64,000 bases of DNA from Nymphaea colorata (Eukaryota), in NCBI RefSeq assembly GCF_008831285.2, contig NC_045138.2:14384001-14448000 (forward strand), written 5' to 3'. The position numbers were made by a program, and so were the translations under genes. Below are positions 25,040 to 38,188 of this stretch, piece by piece. Numbering within the stretch: position 1 is the first letter of the stretch; each line of letters starts with the position of its first letter. The notes beneath the pieces are model-generated. The model searched no databases. It saw only the letters and a program-made list of their open reading frames with translations, and had not been told where the DNA came from.

Positions 25040-27404
25040 GCAGCACTGGCATTTGCCTGGAAGAAAAATTGATTCCACGTGGTGTACAGCTAGGCCTGGA
25101 GTCGAGTTAATTCTTCCATATCTTTGGCCTGACAGTACATTGTTCAGTTGAAAGATGCCTTCAAGCAAGTTGATCATCTAGTGCCTCTTTGTAAATATGG
25201 ATTCTGTTTTGCCCCCCGTTTTTTAACCCGAAAAATTTCTTGCAAATAGCTATTCAATCTCGGCATTATAAGATACAATGTTGATCTGTCATCTCCCCTT
25301 GAGTTGCAATAAGGAACGACAAAGAAGATTGGTTGAAATAAGATGTAATTTTTTTTCTTCTAATTAGGCACTAGATCGAAATGTATGCTTCAAGTACAAG
25401 TATTTTTTTCCAATGCACTGCTGTTTTAATAGTGCATCTAATGTATTATTGTATTCATTAATTTATGTTCTCTGGGTGCCTTCAATGTATAGATAATGCA
25501 ACCTTTCATTACTTTGTCATGGACGGAATGATGGAAATATTGAATAGATCTATTTCCTAGCACAGAGGGCCACTGATACTCGGTTTACTGTTTCCCTTGT
25601 ATTCATCCATGCTTGCTTTTTCTTCAACATCCCGCCATCGTATAAATTCAATCTAATTTATATACTTTTTAACAAGTTTTTGTCATCTCTAGTTAAATTT
25701 TGTAGTTCTTCTGATGCTTATTTGTCATTTTTTTTCAAACATCTAGTGCCTAAAAGACCCGCCACCACTAATATCAAGGAAACGAGTGCAGCGTCTCTCT
25801 TGTTAATGTATTTTACTTTTGGATTTTGCAATTCTTCTTAACTGGTATCCTGATCAACTATTCTGTGAAAGGGGTTAAATTGGGTACACACAAACCACCT
25901 ACTGGAGTTGACCTGTCATTGTTATCATGCTTAGTTTCAGCTTGAGTATCTATTCTTTTTATCTGGTTTGGTTTTCTGTCCGAGGAGAACACACTGGATA
26001 TACATAGGCGCAGTCTATCCTATTGGAATTGACCTGGCATTATTGTCCTACTCGGTTTCTGCTTGAGCATGTACCTTGAACTGAACCTTTTCCCCTGATT
26101 TTAGCTAGTTTTGTTACTTCTGGTCTGTGGGAGATTCGTGGGCTATTGTTCTGCATATACAGTTTTTTCTTGTTTTTCCTTTTTGTGTCATGTGTGGAGG
26201 AGACTGAAGTTGTGGAGTTGGTGGAACATGGGATTTTTGGGTAGTACTATTGACGCAAAGATTAAGGCAAGTCACTTGTGCTGTCGATCTAAAAGCAAAG
26301 AATAGATATATCATGTACCTTATAAAATAAGAAGAAACTTAGTGTATAAACTGTGCTTGGAACCTACTATTGTAATAATGCATATTAACAGTTTGAAAAA
26401 GTTTTTTGTATGAATATATATAACAAGCGGATTGTTCTATAGGTTTATCCCCGTATTGAGCGTAGGGGGGAGATTTAGTTGCCTGCTATCAGTTTTCAGA
26501 GCAATTAAACCTGTAGAATTGTACAATCACCAGGTAATATTCAACACATCAGGGTTTATTCTTCACTCAGCGCCATATATACATTGGCAAAGGATGCACG
26601 GGAGAAAATTAACAGAAAGTGTATTTCTCAACAGCAGAAAGGTTCAATATTCTAGAAGCTCTGTGTAACGTTATGCAACCAAATTTCAGGAATGCATCCA
26701 TAACCAGATAAATCGTTACCTTTAATAAACACAAACGGGCCATATGGATGACGACCGTCACAGATATATGAACTTGGATCTGATTTGAGGATTTTGTGAA
26801 TGTATTGGATCTAATTTTGCAACCCTGGCTGGAAAATGAAACACGAATCTGATCTCTACAGCGAAAAGAATCATAAATCCCTTGCACCAAATCCACAACA
26901 TTTCACAAGTTAAGATTCATGTTCCCATTTGTCCCCATTTTAACATACTAAAATGTCTGGATCGGATGCATTTTAAGATCCGTATTATGCTATTTTACGT
27001 TGTCATGGATTGATTTAAGATTGGGAGGCGACTTGAGTGAAAAGAAAAAGGGAGTAAAAATGTTGATTTTAAATTCACGGATCTAATGATGTAAGCTTCT
27101 TTTGGCATCGGATCAATATGATTTTATCAGAACATCCAGTGATCAGATTGATACGTGTGGAACGGATCTATGCCTGGGCAGGATCCACGTCAACTCTATG
27201 CTTGGATAATGAGCAGGTGTTCTCTGGATTTACATCCAGCAAGCTCCGGGCCGTGCCCGATCCGTTCCTTGACCCCGTGATGATGGTCCAGTCCGATTGC
27301 CCCCAGCACCCCCACGCTTTCGTCTCTGCAAATCGCTGGCTTTCTGCAACTGAACTCCGACGAGAGAGATACAGAGAGGGTTCCGTCGCCGATAGGGACC
27401 GGAG

Positions 27405-29690
27405 ATGCAGGTGGCGCGCAGGGGAGTTCGCCTCTTCCGGGCTTCCCGATGTCTGTCACGCATGGGAAATCCCGCCTTAGAGGGAGAAACCCTCGCGGAA
27501 TGTGTAGTCTGGGATCGGCCGCAGGAAGTCCGGGCTCCTTCTCGTTCGCTTTACTCGCATGCCTCTTCGGTCTGGGGAACAAATGAGGGCCGAAGCCCAA
27601 CTTCCAGAGAAATTCTCGGATCCTTTTCGCTGGGAGGTAATTCTTTGCCATCTTTACTTTTTTTCCGGCTTGGGTATTCTATTTCACTGCTTTGAAAGTT
27701 TTCGTGTATATTTGTCCAGTTTGGGATATCGATAAACCATCCCTTATTATTGCAGATAGTTTTTGCTTTATCTCAGCATGTGAATGTGTTTGCGATTGCT
27801 TCAGTTGGAAGAGAGATAAGTTGGATAGTTAGGCGTCATTTGAATTGATTTAGTGGAAGGACTTCTAAACGTGTGCATGTATTTACAATTTCTCAAGTAA
27901 AAAAAAAGAGAGAGAGATAATTTAGAGCTGAATTGACTTAGGAAAGATTCCAATGATGTGTCATTATGGATTAGATTAAGTGGGACCGTTGATTGTTTCT
28001 GTACTTTAATTCTCTGAAGCTAATTCACTGCAATTGTAATTCCCCTCATTCTCTGTTTATGAGTGTGTGTCGAAATTTGTTCAGATTAATTGGATTCATA
28101 ACATGAAAAGTGTTTGATTGAGCATACGTTCTAGGTCACCTTTATAACTCAAGTTTGATTCATCATTTATGTCTTTCATTTTGTTTTACAGTTTTGGATC
28201 CCTGAGTTTCCACTTAAAACATATAAGATCTTTGGCTTTTCAATTAGTATAATATGACTCTGAGTTGAAGCTCTGTGCTTTGTATTTCTTAGCATACGTT
28301 TCAGTTGCTCACATGACAAATAATACAGAAAGGCATATGCCATCGTGAAACTTATGTGCAGTCTGGACTACTTTGGTTTATGAGAATAGATGCTTGTGTC
28401 AATGTTGTTTTGTGTTTGCATGTCATATGATTATGGTGTCAACATTGGGAAGGAAGTTCAATTTTGTCTGCTGTAACTAACTTGATAAGTTCTCTGATAT
28501 GTTCATCTCATAGGGCAGAAGAGAAGCATGTTCATCCAAACTCAGTCTACTCCAAACCCTTTATCACTCATGTTCTATCCTGATAAGCCAGTTATGGAAG
28601 TTGGAAGTGCAGACTTTCCAAATGCCCGTGCAGCTATGAACTCACCACTTGCAAAGGCATTATTTGGTATCGATGGTAAAGAACGCTGTAGCCAACCACT
28701 CTGTATTCTGGTTTGAATTGACATTCATCATTTTATCTTCTTTTCTTTCTTTCTAGAAGTTGTTCACTGCTGTTATTTTCATGGTAAAAATTTCTTAGTA
28801 CTCAGAGGTACTTATATTTGTTTCTCCTGTAAAATAAAGACATGAAAGGAAATAAATAAATACAAAGGGAATGGTTATAAAATGGAACACCCAAATTCGA
28901 GTGTTTTGTAAACAGAAATATTAGAAGGATCATGTGGAGATCTTTACCATGGGGAATCTTAAGTATTAATATACCCTGTAACATCTTCTACGCAGCCTAA
29001 GCAGGTACTCATATTTGGAAATAGAAGCAGCGTTCAGTCCATATGGCCACCTGAAAATAGCTTATTAGTTTTTGTTTTTCCAACTCCAGGTGTATCACGA
29101 GTATTCTATGGATCGGATTTTGTGACAGTAACAAAATCTGAGGATGCTTCTTGGGATATCTTAAAGCCTGAAATCTTTGCAGCAATCATGGATTTCTACA
29201 CGTCTGGCAAACCATTATTTCTGGATTCAGAGGTCGCGTCTTCAATGGACACTGCTATTCATGAGGTACTAATCTATTTCTCTTGATACTATTGGTAGAT
29301 TATTACCATTTACACTCCTTATACCCTGCTTGACCAGGCATTAGGCAGCGATGGTTGATATGCCACTCAAAGTTACTTATAATTAATCTCATTGCTTTAC
29401 AATAAAATGAAATGATGTTTCTTGTATTGTTTGTTGATTCATATCACAACCTTCTTTTCTAGACATCATCATCCGATTGTACTCTGGGTAGTGGGTACTA
29501 TTGGCTGCGTTCTGGTGACATTCTTTCAAATGGAATTGTAAGAAGTGATTGGAAAGCTTCTCTCTCTCTCTTTTGTAGAATCGTGAGAATAAATAAAGAT
29601 TGTTGAGTTTAATCTTTTTATTTACTAATATATATTTTTATTTATTTGAACTTTGCTTTTGGGTTTCATTTGTTGGTTTCTCAAAGGGCC

Positions 29691-29756
<66 letters not shown>

Positions 29757-30627
29757 TGTGTGCCCGTGTGTGATTCTGTGTTTCTCCGTTTCTCGATTAT
29801 TTACATTTATTATGTCAGTTGCTGATTTTCACCAGCATGGGAATATTCTTTTATTTTGGTGAAACATTCTCTTAGTTGAACGTTCTACTACAGTTGCTGT
29901 ATTTGTTTTGTAGGATGACTCTGAAACTGTTGCAATGATCAAAGAGTTACTTGAAACTCGTATCCGCCCAGCTGTTCAAGATGATGGTGGTGACATCGAA
30001 TATCGGGGTTTTGATCCGTAAGTGTTGTTACTGTGCCTGACTAGGTCTTGTGCTTCAATAAATCTTTCAAGAAGGGAAGACCACATGATGTTTTTCTTTT
30101 CGATTTTTCCAGTGATACAGGTATAGTCAAGTTAAGAATGCAAGGTGCTTGTAGTGGCTGCCCAAGCTCGTCTGTGACACTAAAATCTGGCATTGAGAAC
30201 ATGCTAATGCACTACGTCTCTGAGGTATTAAAACTTCATGTTACATCTTCCTGTATAAATATTGCATCCAGAAAGAGCGCCCTTTATAGCATGCTAATGC
30301 ACCGTGTGTGAGAATTTTATCCATGTTATAGTGCTTGCAGGTGACTTCTTGTTCATTTCTTGAGATTGAATAGGGAAAATAAAAAGTTTTTACTGAAAAC
30401 GGATGAACGGTTTTGAGTTCAATAATTGGCAAGTTACTTGAGGATGAGTCTATTATGTTCTATGGTAATTCATATCCTTGTGTGGGTGGTATAGATAAAA
30501 CATGTAGGAAGACATCTTTTTTCTCCATATATGCTTTAAGCGTCTGTGCCATCGTTGGCAGGTGAAGGGCGTGGAGCAAGAAATGGATTCTGAAGCAGAT
30601 GCAGAAGTAGCTGGTCAGATGGAGTAA
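27405..30627 (+). CDS. NFU4: NifU-like Fe-S cluster carrier protein, mitochondrial NFU4/NFU5 type; exons 27405-27636, 28514-28675, 29090-29265, 29914-30017, 30113-30224, 30562-30627
   Basis: Splicing at GT-AG sites gives an Arg/Ser-rich presequence, then [16 protein letters not shown]..., [47 protein letters not shown] (CxxC) and VKGVEQ...QME*. Frame is kept across all junctions. Confidence 0.93.
29694..29753. repeat. (AT)n microsatellite, ~30 units, in NFU4 intron 3
   Basis: Seen directly in the sequence. Confidence 0.97.
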
Positions 30628-33600
30628 CAGAAGAGATCCTTTATTTATTCCAATTTGGTAGGAAATATGTATACCTTTGGCTTTTTCCTACCAAATTAGG
30701 TCTACGCTCTGACTAGGGGTTTGGCGGATTCTTGGAGTAATAAGTTTCATGGTGATCAATGCTAGTGTTAGACTATTCTCTCTCTCTCTCTCTCTCCACA
30801 AGGCCACCGGCCCACCAGCCAGGATGTCATCCGCCCACTAGTTATGATGCTTGCATGAAAATGGAAGGGACACAATCAGTAATAAACATCCAACTAACGT
30901 TTTTCTGTATCTAGACAGATACAATTTAGACCCCTGCCAGTCTTTGTAAGAAATGCGGTGGAGTTTACCTGGTTGGAGGTAATTATTGAAATTGTATTCC
31001 CTCCGATGTCGGTTTCTGAGGTGTGTCAATTGTTCACTTTTATATTTTCAGTGCGGGAACATGTTCGTGTCAAGATCTGATGGTGCATCGTAGTAGCGCA
31101 TTCTGCCGACTGTGGCCACTGAAGTTTCTCGCATGGCCTGTTGGCTGCCAATCTAATGTTTTTGGCCGAGCCAAAGGGGCCTGTTCGGCCTCCGAAGGAT
31201 GGATCCACTTGGTAGTGAATGACAACAGAAAAATATGAAAATTCACGATAATTATTATAAAATCCTTCTTACATTACTAACTCGTAGTGGACATCATGTA
31301 TAACTCTGTTTGGACGAGCCATTGAGTCCACGGGGTGAGTGAAACTTCACTAGTTTAGTGCAACCTGAGTTATTTTTTACTGGGGAGTCGGACACATTCA
31401 GGCAGAAAGTAATTCTTTTTAAAAAAAAGTGCTTATTGTCTTTTCATAGAAAAAATACCCACTAAAATCACTCACTTCACGTTGCAAGCATGCTCCTTCC
31501 GTAGAAAAGCAAAACAATTAAAAAAGAAAGGCAAATATAGGTGCTCATTACTCGGAAGCTGCAATATCAGGTTCATAAACCCGTATATGAGTATGACGTG
31601 GAAACCAAAGTTCTCTTTCACATAGAAACAACATACTTTTTGACATTTGAATGAGTTTAAATGCCCGGCTAGATATCAACGAAATTATCAGAAAAAATGA
31701 ATATAAGATTCCAAAAATGAGGAGCATGTCCAACCGCGTGCCCAGGAAAAGGTCAAGTGATGAATAGACCTCGCCAACATTTTCTTGTCCTTTGTAAGCA
31801 CTAGCATTTTGTAAACATGTCAGATTTTTCACATTTCCTTCATTGAGAAGGGAAAAAGAAAAGCAATTGATGGACTTCATTTCTCATTAGAAAAAAGCTA
31901 CCAAATTATGATAAAAAAAGATGCATTCTATCTTGGATCCTCAAGTACAACCCGTGGGGTTAGGGGTTCCGTGTTGAATCAAATTATGTCTTTCTTGATA
32001 AGAAATTTTCTAAATCATAAGTACCTATTACAAGGTCTCTAGCTGTTTTCACATTGAATCAAATTACAAGGGCTATTGCTGTTTGTACAAACACGAAAAA
32101 CATCAAATGATCAGCGCACTTCTATACTAAATTACAAAATAAACAAGAATCGGCACTGGTAATAATTGTTCCTTTTTAATTTGAAGATGAAAACTTAGAT
32201 TGAGAACTTGATAGATTCGTTTTGTGAAAACATTTCACTCGAACGTGATCCGGTCACCTGCCCCCAATCTCTAAAAGAAGGAAAATAAAAAATGAAACCA
32301 AAGATGGAAATTTGAAACTTTTTGGAAGTTATTAATCCTTGTTTCAGACCCCGTTGCACCATCTTGAATCGGGAAGTCAACTATGGTAGAACTCAAACGG
32401 GGTCGGATCTGAAACAGCTAAATGTACATAACATGCGAAGTTGGACCAAGGTTGGAACTGGATCTGGTCCGTTTTCAAACTCGGTGGATCAGAAGATCTT
32501 CTGAGTGAAGAAGAAAACGAATCTGGATTTGAATAAACCGGATCCATTTGCAGGCGTTGTCGTCTTGTTGGCTGCGAAGGTTAATTGGCACGAGACAAAA
32601 GAAGCCCGTCCAAGGCACTGACAATCCGGTTCCCTTTCCAGCCATGTAAGGCAATCTAATTAAAAAGGGACAAAGAAAGAAAGCAAACAAAAAAGTGGAA
32701 ACAATTTAGTAATCCAAATCTTTTTCTTGGATCGGGAAGAAAATGTCCACATTATTCTTTAAAAAAAAGAGCAAAAGATTCTCTCCAATCATGTGTTACT
32801 GTTACAATTGAATGAGGGCATTAAATAAAATTGAAGCACCCACAGCAGTAAGATTGGGCATGGGTTTGGGTGGTCTGTGGACTTTTTGTCCCACTCAGCC
32901 GACACGAGTCTATAATATCACAGATATTCATGACATAAAATCCCATCCCGTGTCTGCAAAAGTTAGGAAGGAGCGTCTCGTTTGGCACACAAACAAAGAA
33001 TCGGAGAGGAAAAGCCGCAAAATGATCTGCAGGAGGAGCAAATGGAATGGGGCCGCTCGCCATGATTACCACTGACTCACCCCACCCAAATTCCTTTTTT
33101 TTTTTTTTTTAATACAAAAGAAGGCGGCCGATCTTTTGTCACTGCCCAAGCAAAAATCCAAAAGGATTTTGAAAAAGCAATTAAAGATTCTCTTCTCAAC
33201 AAACGAAAAAGCAAGAAGGCAGCCAGCCTGGATCTGATTAAATTTTTGGTGATAGTGAAATCGTAAAAAAGTTAAAAGACCAACATGATAAATTTTAGTA
33301 GAAGAATGTACGACGCTTATCATTCACCAGCTGACGCCCACAGCATCCCCCTCCCCTCAAAAACTCTCTACATATATATTATAATATATATATATATAGA
33401 CAGAGATAGAGAGAGAGAGTTCAGATCCTCTTGGAAGACGGAGAATAACAAAGATTCCATCCACGAAGCCTTGTTGAGATCATTAAGGCACATAAGAGAG
33501 AAAGTGAAGAGCAAAAGTAATATGGTCTCATACCACCTGTAGAAATGAAAAATTGCTCACGGAGAGGGAACATGAAATTTAACCATTCCCATGAAAGCTC

Positions 33601-34335
33601 CATAGTGACTTGGTCGAAGAGGCCAGTAGAGCTAAACAAGAGATTGCGGCAAATCTTCCCACCCCAATGGGAAAAGGGAAAAACGGAGATTTTATTGTAT
33701 CTGGGATACTCTCCTCATCCCCCTCCTCATCGACTGGTGAAAAGGAAGAAGTAACACCAACCAATTGAAATGGTTGAGAGGAGCATTCAGTAGCAGTACC
33801 ATAAGGAAGGCAATGGCGGAGGATGTCAGCCTGCAGTACCATGTAATAGCTAGACTCTCAAAAGGACGACGAAGGCCGACAGGAGGAGGCATTACTTGTA
33901 CTCCACGAAATACAGCAGAACAATGATGAACTTTTACGTCCCCGGCGAAAGAAAAGAGAAAAGGAACGAGAAAAACACACCGCAGCCACACACATTCAGC
34001 TTCAAAAGATTCAGAGAGAGGAATAAATTTATACCATAACAGCACCTAAGTCGAAAGCAGTAGAGACAGAGTCCCAATGAAAGACTAAAAACAGACACAA
34101 CACCCGACGGGAAATCGTTCCATCAACCAAACACCAAATTCCCACCACCTAATAGTTCCCACAGAAGAACCCGAACGCAACTCCTTCTTCATTCAAGGGA
34201 TAGATTGGTTTCTATTCTGGGTTTTGTGTTCTTCTAAGGACTCCCCTGTTGTTGCTTTCTCTTGATTGGCGTTCGTCGGTGTCTCCCTTTCCCTCCTTTG
34301 TCTAGCAGAACCAAGAAACTCCCTCAGGAACACCA

Positions 34336-34842
34336 TCAAATCTTCTCGAGCTTGTCGGCCTTCACCACAGGGTTGGCCTTGCGGATCATGTCCTGGCCCC
34401 GCAGCTTATAATCGTAGTCGCACTTGTGCGCCTCCGGGTACCGATGGGAGGAGCAGAAGGTCAGGCCACATCGGCAACGGAAGCCGGTGAGCCCAACACG
34501 CTTCCGGCAGGAGCTGCAGCGGTTAGGCGGCTGCTGGGCCGGCGGCTCCGACGGTGTTACGCAGGAAGAGGAGGACGCCGACTTCAGGTGAGCGGCAGAT
34601 GGGCCAGCAGACAGAGATGGTGCCGGGGCCGCGGCTGGGGCTCCATTGAAGGACTTCTCGACGGCGGCCTTAGCGGAGGAGGCTTGCTCTTCCTTGAGGC
34701 GGTAGTCACGGTAACACTTGGAGCAGAGGTTGAGGGTGGCCGGGCTGCCGAAGAACCCGCAGTTGTTGGCGCACAGGCGGTGACCCTCCGGTGCCTGGCA
34801 GCCGGTGCCATCGGTACCACGTCTCCAACTCTCTTCCGCCAT
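34336..34842 (-). CDS. A20/AN1 zinc-finger stress-associated protein (SAP), 168 aa
   Basis: A20 finger LCANNCGFFGSPATLNLCSKCYR, AN1 finger CSSCRKRVGLTGFRCRCGLTFCSSHRYPEAHKC, and C-terminal NPVVKADKLEKI. Confidence 0.97.
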   Translation of the reverse strand: MAEESWRRGTDGTGCQAPEGHRLCANNCGFFGSPATLNLCSKCYRDYRLKEEQASSAKAAVEKSFNGAPAAAPAPSLSAGPSAAHLKSASSSSCVTPSEPPAQQPPNRCSSCRKRVGLTGFRCRCGLTFCSSHRYPEAHKCDYDYKLRGQDMIRKANPVVKADKLEKI

Positions 34843-34925
34843 TTTCGAGCTTCCTTTTTCTTCCTGGGGCCAACTAATATTGATCTACACGAGTAAGAGA
34901 GCTGGTCCCTCCTTCTGAACGCTAC

Positions 34926-35920
34926 CTGAAAATGAAAAAAAAGAAATTATTATACGAGGGAGAGAGAGATTTCTCTTCTGCTGCTTATAAACATCTCTCA
35001 AATAGGACCTTAGGATTAAGCAGGGCGCCTGTGACTCGAAATATAAATAAAGGAAGAGAAAAGAGAGGAAGGAAGGAACGTGAACAGGATTGAAAGAATC
35101 ACCGATAGCAGAAGGATTCATGAGGCTTTCAAGAAGGATCCCTTACGTAAAAGAGTGAAGTCGAAAGAAGAACAAGGATCAGGATCCAGTGGTTCAGAAA
35201 AATATTTCGTGGCGATGAAGCCAAAAGAACAATCCAAGCGAACCATCTCAGGAATCCAGAAAATTTTTCGATCTTTACAAAAGAAAACCACCAAAAGGAA
35301 AAAAAAAAGAAAAACAGAAAGGAGCCACTAGACAAATCATAAAGGGGGGAAAATCAGAAGCAGCACAAATAAGGATAATAGAGAAACAAAAAAAAAAACT
35401 AAACAAAATTAAAATTAGTATGAAAATATTAAATTTTGATTTGAACAAAAGGAAACAAGGATGGTAGAGCAAAAAAAGGACAAAAAATGGGAGAAAAAAA
35501 AATCGAAGCAACCCCCAAAAAAGAGAAACCGAAAATCGACGAAGAAACAAACAAAAACCAGTAAAACCAAGGCTTAAAAAAACAAAAAACATAACCAAAG
35601 ACCTAAAGCTCCCGAAACACAAACCGGAAAACCCAGAAGACGATCCAGGACACACCCAAAACCGACTAAAAAACAACACAGCCACCACCGCCATCACAAA
35701 ACGCAAACCAAAGGCCCATCAAAACCCAACAGCGAAGAAAACACAAACAGAAAGCCAGGATCTCCCCCACCAAGATCAAGAAGCCCAAAATCAAGAACGA
35801 AAACATAACAAGAAATAAGATCAAGACATCAACATACCTGCACCGTCGCCCTCCTCCGAGAACCACGGCCGGAGCAGGGCCGAGAAGCGTTCTCCCCAGA
35901 AAGAAAGAATAAAGAGATAC
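34926..35920 (-). other. 5'UTR intron of the SAP gene
   Basis: Donor AAG|GTATCT at 35920 and acceptor ...tttcattttcag| ending 34926. Strongly U-rich on the minus strand. Confidence 0.65.
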
Positions 35921-36043
35921 CTTTTTCCTTCTGAAAACTTTTCGGGGTGGTGGGTTTCCCGTGAGATAATAAGATCGAGGTTGAGTATCTCGAGAGAGAA
36001 GGAGAGAGAGAGAGAGACTCAGAATCGAAAAGGGGGGAGAGAG

Positions 36044-36192
36044 TATTTATAGTGGGAGAGAAGGAGACGTCTCTCCCTCTTTCTTCCTTTTTTTCTCTCT
36101 CTTTCTATATTCTCTCTCTTCTGCGTCCACCGCCCCACCCAAGGGATAGAGGTGTCCAGAAAGAAAGGTGGGCCCACGTTGGAAGTGGGCCC
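36044..36192 (-). promoter_or_regulatory. SAP core promoter: TATA box and two TCP/site-II-like GTGGGCCC motifs
   Basis: CTATAAATA on the minus strand at 36052-36044, just upstream of a (CT)n leader. GTGGGCCCAC at 36168-36177 and GTGGGCCC at 36185-36192. Confidence 0.65.
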
Positions 36193-36407
36193 CCCGAGAC
36201 GGAGGTCTGAAGATTCCTAACTTTCTCGTCCACACTGATTCGGATCCGTGAACCGAGTCGGCCGTCCACCCACTCTTTATTTTTTGACAAAATTATCTGA
36301 CAAAATCATTAATTAGCTGGAATTCTCCATATTAACTATATTTTGAAACATTTTTTTGAAGATTAATAACCTCGAAATATAAAGTTTGCTTAAAACATTT
36401 TATATTA

Positions 36408-36777
36408 AAGGATGTTGATTCAAAGGTGTCGGACTACTGAATTTGATTAAGACGATTTAGAAGGTTGAAATTGAAGAAACCCATCTTGGAGTTGCAATAA
36501 TTCGATTTTTATATTTATATGGGAGTCTGAATCCAAATTTTGAATCAGATTTTGTCAATTTTTAAAATGTAATAGCATCGGGATGTTATGAATCTGATTT
36601 GAATCTGAACTCGAATTCGATTGAATATTTATGTATATCTTAATCCAATCGGATGTCATTTATTAAATCCAAATCTTATCTCATTTCTTAAACAAATATT
36701 TTTTTTTTTTTCATATCTGATTTTTTCTGATCAGTTCGATCAGATATCCAATTCAAATCAAATATATTAACATCCCA
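36408..36777. mobile_element. decayed copy of the hAT-like MITE family seen at 45156-45447
   Basis: Ends are aaggatgttga / ttaacatccca. The internal gaatccaaattttgaatcagattttgtcaatttttaaaatgtaatagcat is nearly identical to 45316-45365. Confidence 0.7.
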
Positions 36778-38188
36778 AATCACCCAAACTTGGGTCTACT
36801 GAACCCCACCCATAACAAATCTTACTTGTTGGGATTGAGTTGTAGGGGTCCGATGTTGGGTAGTTTGGTTTGAAATTGGCAATTGATGAACACGTGAACC
36901 AAACTGAATTTGAATCTGGATCCGAGTAATGGATGCATCATAACTGTCAACTATTTGGGCAAGTAGCTTCATATTTTTTTATAATATTAAATTCGCCTAT
37001 GACCCAACTCCGTTGAAATTTAGATGAAGCTAAGGCTGCGAACAGTTCAGATCCGAGCAAACGCGTAGCCAAATTTGAATCCGATTAGTAAGCAACATTT
37101 GAAATGGACGTCAAAACTATTTGCAAGCCAAGTATAGGTATCCAAAAATGTAAGGACTGGAATATCTGATCCGAATAATTTCCACGCATCCAACCCAACT
37201 TTGGGTTGGATAAGGGCGAGGAGTCGATCAGATTAGGATATACTAAAGGGGCTGCCGACTATTTTTTTCTTCTCTTCCTTTCTTTGTTTGTGTCCTGACG
37301 GCCCACAATTTTTCTTTGTAGAAAAGATGCAGCGTGACTTTTCCCTACTAGGTGTTTATATGTTCATTGCATTTTACCAGACTTTTTAGTCGACCAATTC
37401 CAAGTAAATGCTTATAGAGAGAGAATGACCTCTTTTTCTCATTCATATTCTTCATCCGAAAACAAAAGATATTCACATCCTAGAGAGAGAAAAAAGCGAC
37501 CGATTTAACTGTCCTCTACATGCATATCACGGAACTTTTGGGGTGAGAGTTGCCTGAAAATGAAGGATGCGGACGGCCAATCAATACGTTTCAGGCAAGA
37601 AGATAACGAACAGTTGTTGGATGGTGCGGCCACACATGCAGGGCGGGCAGTTGGGATTCATTATATCAAAATCGATCTAACTTGTCAAAAGGATAATGTC
37701 TGTAACTAAAAACAGATCCATTATATATATATATATATATATAGTCGGACAGTTCTTGTTCGAGATGAACAAGATATTGTTGATGGAGTTTGTGTGGATT
37801 GATCTCTCATTAATGAGCTAGCTAGCTGGAATCGGCTTAAACCATTAGATTCTCAATTTCCTGTCTGGACCCACCGACATCTTCTTCCTCTCTAGCACAA
37901 TAAATAGAAACAATGAATTCATGACTCATAATTATTTTGACAGTGTGTAGCGTAAGAACCATTCTATACCCAACCTCCTTCCATGGTAATAAATCTTTAA
38001 ATGCATTAAGCATAGACTAGAGCCAGAAATCTAAGTTAGGGTGGGCACAAACCGGCTGCAAAACATAAATAAATAAATGGCAGTGTCTCTTTTCACTAAC
38101 AACTAGAACCTTAGACTTATAAACGAACATTTTTTTTCATATGCATATAGATATTTAAAAGTTTTTTAAAATATCACGTTGCATTTAC

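Noticed and set aside
27118..27651. Extra ORFs on both strands around NFU4 exon 1
   Set aside because: Shadows of the GC-rich first exon. Only the 27405 frame splices into the NifU domain.
35275..35866. Phe/Leu-rich membrane-protein-like ORFs on the minus strand
   Set aside because: Artefact of the U-rich SAP 5'UTR intron.
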